64,000 nt of DNA, from contig CAXXXF010000006.1 of the NCBI GenBank assembly GCA_963667175.2, positions 352,001 through 416,000 on the forward strand, given 5' to 3'. The first letter of the stretch is position 1; each line of letters begins with the position of its first letter. The stretch comes from Candidatus Latescibacterota bacterium (GTDB taxonomy: Bacteria > Latescibacterota > UBA2968 > GCA-2709665). The position numbers were made by a program, and so were the translations under genes. The notes under the pieces are model-generated. The model was not told where the DNA came from. It saw only the letters and a list, made by a program, of their open reading frames with translations, and made no database searches. Positions 57,655-64,000 of the stretch are shown in pieces.

Positions 57655-59852
57655 TCCGTACACTGAAACAGCTTCTCAAAGGCCGCTTCCGCATCGCCAC
57701 GCAACTCTATCTGGGAATCGGCGGCGCGGTTGCCATCACCATGGTCGCGAGCCTGGTCGGATGGTTCTCATTTGACCTCGTCGGCGATATCCAGAACCGC
57801 GTGAACGAGGGCAGCGTCCCGGAAATGGCCGCCGCGTTTGGCGTCGCCCAGCAGAGCGGCACCCTGGTCGCCGCGGCGCCCCGTTTGACCTCGGCCGCTA
57901 CGGTGGCTGACTTCGTTCGAGTCAAGGCGGACATTGCCACAGAGCGCAGGGCCTTTGAATCACAGTTGGCAGCCCTGGTACAAGGGGACACCCGGAAGGA
58001 AGACGAGGAGCGATTCCGCCGAATACACAGCTATGCCGCCGCGCTGATGTCCAACATCGACGCGATTGAGCGGGAGGTCGCCGAGCTGTTCGAGGTCAAC
58101 TCGCGAAGCGAAGAACTGCGTGCGGAACTGTCCAATCTTCGGTCGAAATTGTCCGGCATGCTCATTCCGGCCATCGACGACCAGTTGTTCTACGCGATGA
58201 CAGGCTACCGCACAATCGGCCAGCCGCCCGCGTCCCGCGAGCGGCATTTTTCGGACGAAGAATTCGATCGGTACCGCCACCTCGCCGATTTAAAAGCCGA
58301 TGCCACCATCGCGACACAGCTGCTTTCAAGTTCATTCAACCTTTCGGACGCACTCCTGTTGGAGCCGTTGCGCGAACGCTTTGAGGCCGCTGCCGGGCGC
58401 ATCGAACGCAGCCTGTCGGCACTGGGTACATCTCCATGGCGCGACCAGATCGCACCGCACCTGAACTGGCTCTTTGAACTGGGACTGGGCGAACAGGGCG
58501 GGTTTGACCTTATCGTTCGTGAGTTCGAGCTGACCGACCGGCAGCGCAACCTCCTGCAGGACAACCTGAGTCTTGAAATCAAGCTCGGCGCGGAAGTCGA
58601 GGGTCTCGTCAGCGCCGCCCGCGAACGCACACGCGAGGCCACGCTGGCATCCACACGGGCCATTGGAACCGGTCGCAGCGTACTGCTGGGGCTGAACGTG
58701 GTCAGTATCACCGGCGCCCTGCTGATCGCGTGGCTCTTCGTCGGCCGCGTGCTATTGCGACGGCTCGGACGGCTGTCGAACAGAATGCAGGGGATGGCCG
58801 ATGGCGACCTGGAAGCCAAAGTCGATATCAGCGGAAACGACGAAGTCGCGGATATGGCGGCGGCACTGGAGGTATTCCGGCGGCATGCCCTCGAAGTCCA
58901 GCGCCTGAACCTCGTGGAAAAACTCGCAGAGGAGTTGCGTGAGAAGAACGAACAGCTGGAAGCCGTGCTGGAGGACCTCCGGAAGGCGCAGGACCAGATC
59001 GTAATGCGCGAAAAGCTGGCGGCGCTCGGCGAACTTACAGCCGGGGTGGCGCACGAAATCAAGAACCCGCTGAACTTTGTCAAGAATTTCTCCGAGGTCT
59101 CGCAGGAACTTCTGGAGGAACTTGGAGAGGAACTCCAGGACACACTCAGCGAAGAAGGCGGTGAACTTGACGAAGAGGGGCGCGAACTCGTCCAGGAAAT
59201 ATGCCAGGATCTCAACGACAACCTCGCGCGCATCCGGGAACACGGCGAGCGGGCCAACCGGATCGTACAGGACATGCTTTCAATGGGTCGGGGTTCGGCT
59301 CAGCGACAGGCCACCAACATCAACAACCTGCTCGACGAGCACGCCCGGCTCGCCTACCATAGCGCCAGAGCGAGCGACACCGAATTCCAACTCGATATCA
59401 AACAGGATCTGGACCCTTCCGTTGGTGACGTCGAGGTCGTCCCTCAGGATCTGGGCCGCGTATTCCTGAACATGGTAAGCAACGCCTGCCATGCAACCGA
59501 CGAGAGACGACGCGGCGTCGAACAGTCGGAAGACAACAAGGATTCTTACATGCCCACATTGTGGTTGACGACCCGACGTGACCCGGAACATCTGGTCGTG
59601 AGAATCCGGGACAATGGCACCGGAATGCCGCCGCAGGTCGTAGAAAAGATCTTCAACCCGTTTTTCACCACGAAACCGACAGACCAGGGCACCGGGCTCG
59701 GTCTTGCACTCTCCAATGACATCGTGCGCGAGCATGGAGGCAGCATCCGGGTCGAAACCGAGCCCGGCGAATATACGGAGATGATTGTAGAGATTCCCCT
59801 GGAAGCGCCCGCGTTGGTGGCGGAGGAGACCACCGTTGAGGATTCATCCTGA
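57651..59852 (+). CDS. Sensor histidine kinase with TorS-like periplasmic domain, HAMP, HisKA and HATPase
   Basis: TM1 region ASLVGW...VPEM...AAAPRLTSA resembles E. coli TorS (recalled from memory); HAMP GDL...DEVADMA; H-box AGVAHEIKNPLNF; DNGTG, FNPFFTTK, GTGLGL. Confidence 0.9.
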   Translation: MIRTLKQLLKGRFRIATQLYLGIGGAVAITMVASLVGWFSFDLVGDIQNRVNEGSVPEMAAAFGVAQQSGTLVAAAPRLTSAATVADFVRVKADIATERRAFESQLAALVQGDTRKEDEERFRRIHSYAAALMSNIDAIEREVAELFEVNSRSEELRAELSNLRSKLSGMLIPAIDDQLFYAMTGYRTIGQPPASRERHFSDEEFDRYRHLADLKADATIATQLLSSSFNLSDALLLEPLRERFEAAAGRIERSLSALGTSPWRDQIAPHLNWLFELGLGEQGGFDLIVREFELTDRQRNLLQDNLSLEIKLGAEVEGLVSAARERTREATLASTRAIGTGRSVLLGLNVVSITGALLIAWLFVGRVLLRRLGRLSNRMQGMADGDLEAKVDISGNDEVADMAAALEVFRRHALEVQRLNLVEKLAEELREKNEQLEAVLEDLRKAQDQIVMREKLAALGELTAGVAHEIKNPLNFVKNFSEVSQELLEELGEELQDTLSEEGGELDEEGRELVQEICQDLNDNLARIREHGERANRIVQDMLSMGRGSAQRQATNINNLLDEHARLAYHSARASDTEFQLDIKQDLDPSVGDVEVVPQDLGRVFLNMVSNACHATDERRRGVEQSEDNKDSYMPTLWLTTRRDPEHLVVRIRDNGTGMPPQVVEKIFNPFFTTKPTDQGTGLGLALSNDIVREHGGSIRVETEPGEYTEMIVEIPLEAPALVAEETTVEDSS

Positions 59853-60016
59853 ACGGATAGGGCGCTCGATCCAACCGGCGGTCCTGCAGGTGGTCAGGGA
59901 CGGCAGTTTCGAAACGCTGGGGAGTTGACCGCACGTCGCGGCGGCGCAGAACCCGGCGAAGATGCCCTTCGATACCGACAACAAACATTGAAACCCGGGA
60001 TGTTCAGGCTGTCGCC

Positions 60017-61450
60017 ATGAATTTCGACACGTACGCTATGGATCGGGAGTTTTACGACGAGATGTTTCTTCCGGACGGCAGTCCCAGGGAGCACTGCCGC
60101 CCGCTTTTCGAAGCGCTGAGCGATCTCTCCAGGGAAGAACTTTCGAGCATCCAGGACCGGGTAACGCGTTCTTTTTCCAACGAGGGGATCACGTTTACCG
60201 TTTACGGCGACGAGGAAGCCACGGAACGCATCATCCCGGTCGACTGCGTGCCGAGGGTCCTATCGGGCGCCGAATGGGGTCAACTCGTTAACGGACTCAC
60301 CCAGCGCCTCGCCGCCCTCAATCGCTTTCTCCAGGACATATATAACGAGGCACGCATCATAGAAGACGGCGTTATCCCGGTGGATATGGTTAAGGGTTGT
60401 CCGCAGTACCGCGTGGAAATGCGCGGCGTTTCTCCACCCCATAGCGCCTGGGTTTCGATCTGTGGGACCGACCTCGTTCGCACCAACGACGGCTTTCTGG
60501 TCCTTGAAGACAACCTGCGCGTCCCCTCGGGTGTTTCGTATATGGTAGCGAATCGTAAGGCGGTGAAGGCAAGTCTGCGCCGCCTCTACAGACGTTCCCG
60601 CGTACAGGACGTGGAACATTATGGCAGGCTGCTGCGCGAGATTCTCGTCGATCTCGCTCCGGGCGGGCGGTCCGAACCCTGCATCGTGCTGCTGACGCCC
60701 GGCGTTTACAATTCGGCTTTCTACGAGCACATGTTTCTTGCCCGCGAGATTGGCGCTGCGCTTGTCGAGGGGCGTGACCTCCTCGTCAACGACGGCTTTG
60801 TCTACATGCGCACGACCACCGGCCTCCGGCGGGTGGACGTGGTCTACAGGCGCGTCGACGACGACTTTCTCGATCCCCTCGCCTTTCGCGCGGATTCCCT
60901 TCTTGGCGTGCCCGGCTTGCTCCACGCCTACAAACTTGGCAACGTGACCCTTGTGAACGCGCCGGGCACGGGTGTGGCCGACGACAAGAGCGTCTATGCC
61001 TACGTTCCGGACATTATACGTTACTACCTGGGAGAAGAGCCCTTACTGGCCAGCGTCGAGACGTACCTGTGCCGCCATCCGGAACAGCTTGAATACACGC
61101 TTGATAACCTTGAGAACCTGGTTGTAAAGCGGGTTGGCGAGTCAGGGGGTTACGGCATGCTGATCGGGCCCCACGCCACGCCGGAAGAACGCGAGGATTA
61201 CGCCAGGGAGTTGCGCGCCGACCCCGCCGACTTTATCTCCCAGCCGGTTCTGTCGCTTTCCCGCTCGCCGTGCCTGGTGGACGGCCGGTTCGAACCGCGG
61301 CACGTCGACCTGCGTCCATTTGTGCTCCACGGCCGGGAGACGCGCATCGTTCCCGGCGCATTCTGCCGGGTTGCCCTGCGTCGGGGCAGCCTTGTCGTGA
61401 ACTCAAGCCAGGGGGGCGGCGGGAAGGATCTCTGGGTCCTGGAAAACTGA
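60017..61450 (+). CDS. Circularly permuted type-2 ATP-grasp protein
   Basis: YDEM, GITFTVY, LEDNLRVPSGVSY, LTPG.YNSAFYEH, YRRVDDDFLDP, NAPGTGVADDK, SGGYGMLIGP, RHVDLRP, VVNSSQGGGGKDLWV. Confidence 0.95.
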   Translation: MNFDTYAMDREFYDEMFLPDGSPREHCRPLFEALSDLSREELSSIQDRVTRSFSNEGITFTVYGDEEATERIIPVDCVPRVLSGAEWGQLVNGLTQRLAALNRFLQDIYNEARIIEDGVIPVDMVKGCPQYRVEMRGVSPPHSAWVSICGTDLVRTNDGFLVLEDNLRVPSGVSYMVANRKAVKASLRRLYRRSRVQDVEHYGRLLREILVDLAPGGRSEPCIVLLTPGVYNSAFYEHMFLAREIGAALVEGRDLLVNDGFVYMRTTTGLRRVDVVYRRVDDDFLDPLAFRADSLLGVPGLLHAYKLGNVTLVNAPGTGVADDKSVYAYVPDIIRYYLGEEPLLASVETYLCRHPEQLEYTLDNLENLVVKRVGESGGYGMLIGPHATPEEREDYARELRADPADFISQPVLSLSRSPCLVDGRFEPRHVDLRPFVLHGRETRIVPGAFCRVALRRGSLVVNSSQGGGGKDLWVLEN

Positions 61451-61526
61451 GAAGACTGATTCCGAAGACGTTGGGAAGGCAAACCACGTATTCCGCCGTT
61501 GTGGCGAAACCACGAAAGGAGAGGGT

Positions 61527-62912
61527 ATGAGAAGTTCCACGAAAGTTCCATTTTACAAACGTGTCGGCGGTTCTCTGGGAAGAAACGTCCTGCTGCTGAT
61601 TGGCTGTCTGCTGTGCGGGAGCACCGCCGCATACGCGGCGGTCGACCAGGAGACCATGTTCGTCTTCAACACCTTCGCGTTTCTGATCTGGGGCGCGCTC
61701 ATTATGTGGATGTGCGCCGGTTTCACGATGCTGGAGTCCGGATCGGTACGCACCAAGAACGCCTCCATGATCTGTATGAAGAATATCGGCCTGTACTCCA
61801 TCGCCGGGCTCGCCTATTACTTCCTCGGTTACAACCTTATGTATACCGACGTCGGTAAGTTCATCGGCTCATTTTCACTCCTCTACGGCCCATCTACCGC
61901 CGACGTCGCGCTCGTGGGCGGACAGGAAACGGCGAAGGCCAAGGTGATCGCGAACAAGTATTCCACCATGTCCGACTGGTTCTTCCAGATGGTATTTGTA
62001 GCAACGGCCGCATCGATCGTCTCCGGCGCATTGGCAGAGCGGGTCAAGATGTGGTCCTTCTTCCTATTCACTCTGGCTCTGACGGCCGTCATCTACCCCG
62101 TGGTGGGCGCCTGGACCTGGGGAGGCGGGTGGCTGAGCGCAATGGGATTCAAGGACTTCGCCGGTTCGACCATCGTTCACAGCACCGGTGGCTGGGCGGC
62201 GCTTGCGGGGGCCCTGGTTGTCGGCCCGCGACTGGGTAAATTCAGAAAGGACGGCACTGTCAAGGCGACGCCGCCGTCCAATATCCTGGCGGTGACTCTG
62301 GGCGTATTCATCCTGTGGTTCGGCTGGCTCGGATTTAACGGCGGGTCGCAACTCGCGTTGGGCAGCGCCGCCGACGCGGTGGCAATGAGCCATGTGCTGG
62401 TCAACACGAATCTGGCGGCCGCGGCCGGCGTGGTCGTTGCCCTCATCATATCGAGACCGATCCTGGGCCGCATGGACCTGTTCGCCAGCCTGAACGGAGC
62501 CATTGCCGGCCTGGTCGCCATTACCGCAGGCCCCGACATCGTCCAGCACTACTGGGCCGTCGTTATCGGCGGCGTTGGCGCCATCGTCTGTACGGCCGGT
62601 ATCCGGCTGCTGGAGAAGTTGAGAATCGACGACGTCGTCGGCGCGGTACCTGCCCACCTGTTCGCGGGTGTCTGGGGAACGCTTGCGGTCTGCATCGCCG
62701 CGGGCGGCAACTTCGGCGTTCAACTTCTGGGTTGCGTCGCGGTCGGCGTGTTCGTCTTCTCGGTTTCTTGGGTGCTGTGGCGTCTGCTGGCAGCGACCCT
62801 GAGTGTCCGCGTGTCCGACAAAGTCGAACGGCTGGGCCAGGACGTCGGGGAACTCGGAATGGAAGCGTATCCCGAGTTCGTGCTTACACCCGAAGAGGCA
62901 GATGAGGACTGA
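61527..62912 (+). CDS. amt: Ammonium transporter
   Basis: AGFTMLESG..R.KN, FFQMVF, SIVSGALAER, DFAGSTIVH, LWFGW.GFNGGS, NGAIAGLVAITA, DDVVGAVPAH (twin His retained). Confidence 0.96.
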   Translation: MRSSTKVPFYKRVGGSLGRNVLLLIGCLLCGSTAAYAAVDQETMFVFNTFAFLIWGALIMWMCAGFTMLESGSVRTKNASMICMKNIGLYSIAGLAYYFLGYNLMYTDVGKFIGSFSLLYGPSTADVALVGGQETAKAKVIANKYSTMSDWFFQMVFVATAASIVSGALAERVKMWSFFLFTLALTAVIYPVVGAWTWGGGWLSAMGFKDFAGSTIVHSTGGWAALAGALVVGPRLGKFRKDGTVKATPPSNILAVTLGVFILWFGWLGFNGGSQLALGSAADAVAMSHVLVNTNLAAAAGVVVALIISRPILGRMDLFASLNGAIAGLVAITAGPDIVQHYWAVVIGGVGAIVCTAGIRLLEKLRIDDVVGAVPAHLFAGVWGTLAVCIAAGGNFGVQLLGCVAVGVFVFSVSWVLWRLLAATLSVRVSDKVERLGQDVGELGMEAYPEFVLTPEEADED

Positions 62913-63895
62913 TGACGACGAATCCTGGAAACCCCAGGCTTCTGGCCCGTAGCGCGCAGGGCCTCTATTGGATGGGCCGCTACCTGGAACGGGCGGAGCA
63001 TCTCTGCCGCCTGCTGCGATTTCAGGCCGAAGCGCTGGTGGATCGGCCAATCCGGGAGATTTATTTCGGATGGAGTCGAATCTACATGAGCCTGAACCGG
63101 CGGCCTCCCGGCGGCAGCATCACTATGGTGGGAAACGACGACTTCACGCTGGCGGATTCCTACACACTGGCCGACGATCTCACGTTCGAACGCGCAAATC
63201 CCGACTCCGTCTGGAACTGTTTCTCGCTCGGCCGCGAGAACGCGCGGCAGATGCGTCACTGCATCAGCGGGGAAATGTGGACTTGCCTGAACCTCGCGTA
63301 TCTGCGACTCCGGAAACTGAGCACTCCGGATATCTGGACGCCCTCTCCCGAGAGCTTTTATGCCACAACTGCAGGTGACATCAACACGTTTGCCGGCGTG
63401 GCGGAAGCAACGATGTATCGCGACGAGGGATGGCACTTTCTGCGGCTGGGGAAGCATATCGAGCGCGCCCAGTGTTCGGCTTCGTTGTTTCTCTCCCAGC
63501 TCTCAGTGGACAAACTGATGGACGAGTCCTCCGACGCGGACTGGATGAATCTCCTGCACGTCAGCCAGGCGTTTGATGCGTACAGCCGGAATTATAGCGT
63601 CGACGTCCAGCCACGTCGGGTCCTCGACCTCCTCGTTACCGACCCTTTGCTGCACGGCTCTCTCTGCTACTCGCTCGATGCGGTGGCCGCGGAACTCGAC
63701 GCCATCGGTCCGGGTTCCGGCGAGCAGTCCAGCGCAACAGCCCTGCGCATGGCCCGGCGTATGTGCGCGCTGATCCATTACGACTGGCCCGACCGGGAAG
63801 ACAGGGAGGCCCTCCTGGGAAACATCATGGGTTACTGCCGGGAACTGCACGATCTTGTTAGCGCCGCCTATATCGATTACGCCGTTGTCGATTGA
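62912..63895 (+). CDS. Alpha-E (DUF403) domain protein
   Basis: LYWMGRYLERAE, RENAR..R..IS.EMW, MYRDEGWHFLRLGKHIERA; TGATG overlap with the amt stop. Confidence 0.93.
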   Translation: MTTNPGNPRLLARSAQGLYWMGRYLERAEHLCRLLRFQAEALVDRPIREIYFGWSRIYMSLNRRPPGGSITMVGNDDFTLADSYTLADDLTFERANPDSVWNCFSLGRENARQMRHCISGEMWTCLNLAYLRLRKLSTPDIWTPSPESFYATTAGDINTFAGVAEATMYRDEGWHFLRLGKHIERAQCSASLFLSQLSVDKLMDESSDADWMNLLHVSQAFDAYSRNYSVDVQPRRVLDLLVTDPLLHGSLCYSLDAVAAELDAIGPGSGEQSSATALRMARRMCALIHYDWPDREDREALLGNIMGYCRELHDLVSAAYIDYAVVD

Positions 63896-63915
63896 CTCCC
63901 GGGTGTACAGATACC

Positions 63916-64000
63916 GTGTCCCGATCCGTCCAGTACGAAATCAGGCACGTCTCAAGCTACCTGTACGCATTCCCCGCGCGTGAGTGCGTGATGATGCTTT
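63916..64000 (+). CDS. Transglutaminase family protein, N-terminal fragment (runs off window)
   Basis: GTG 63916 gives MSRSVQYEIRHVSSYLYAFPARECVMML, matching the Y.I.H.T.Y.Y pattern of Bact_transglu_N; expected position after alpha-E. Confidence 0.7.
   Translation, partial: MSRSVQYEIRHVSSYLYAFPARECVMML

Noticed and set aside
59853-60016. Sigma54/NtrC promoter for the ATP-grasp/amt operon
   Set aside because: No TGGCAC-N5-TTGC motif seen.

Overview
A gene-dense, GC-rich bacterial chromosome segment with no prophage, CRISPR array or intact transposase. The gene content (PhyH, GWxTD-TPR, heparinase II/III, Metallo/PD40-Omp85) suggests an FCB-group organism such as Ca. Latescibacterota; this is inference only. 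Left to right: a partial PhyH dioxygenase, a 4-gene putative glycan-catabolic operon, tRNA-Thr(CGT) and transaldolase. A ~14-kb minus-strand cluster follows (TPR-PPIase, GT4, TolC, NTP-transferase/CDP-alcohol phosphotransferase fusion, MlaC-like, MMPL, a duplicated-motif membrane protein, GMC and Gfo/Idh oxidoreductases, prenyl synthase) that looks like a lipid biosynthesis and export system. Next come glycerate kinase, GWxTD, LysR with its operator, a PBP lipoprotein, an epimerase, a PQQ dehydrogenase, a compositionally mosaic Omp85 gene, convergent hydantoinase B/A with an NCS2 permease, and ilvB with a leader-peptide attenuator. An ECF sigma/anti-sigma/triple Spy-like locus with two matching promoters and a 160-bp MITE-like element follow. 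The window ends in a 12-kb plus-strand block: a sigma-less partner-switch module with a TorS-like sensor, then a CP-ATP-grasp/Amt/alpha-E/transglutaminase operon. The best candidates for undescribed systems are this last block, the lipid cluster, and a ~110-aa domain shared by two otherwise unrelated lipoproteins. All family calls come from motif recognition, not database searches.
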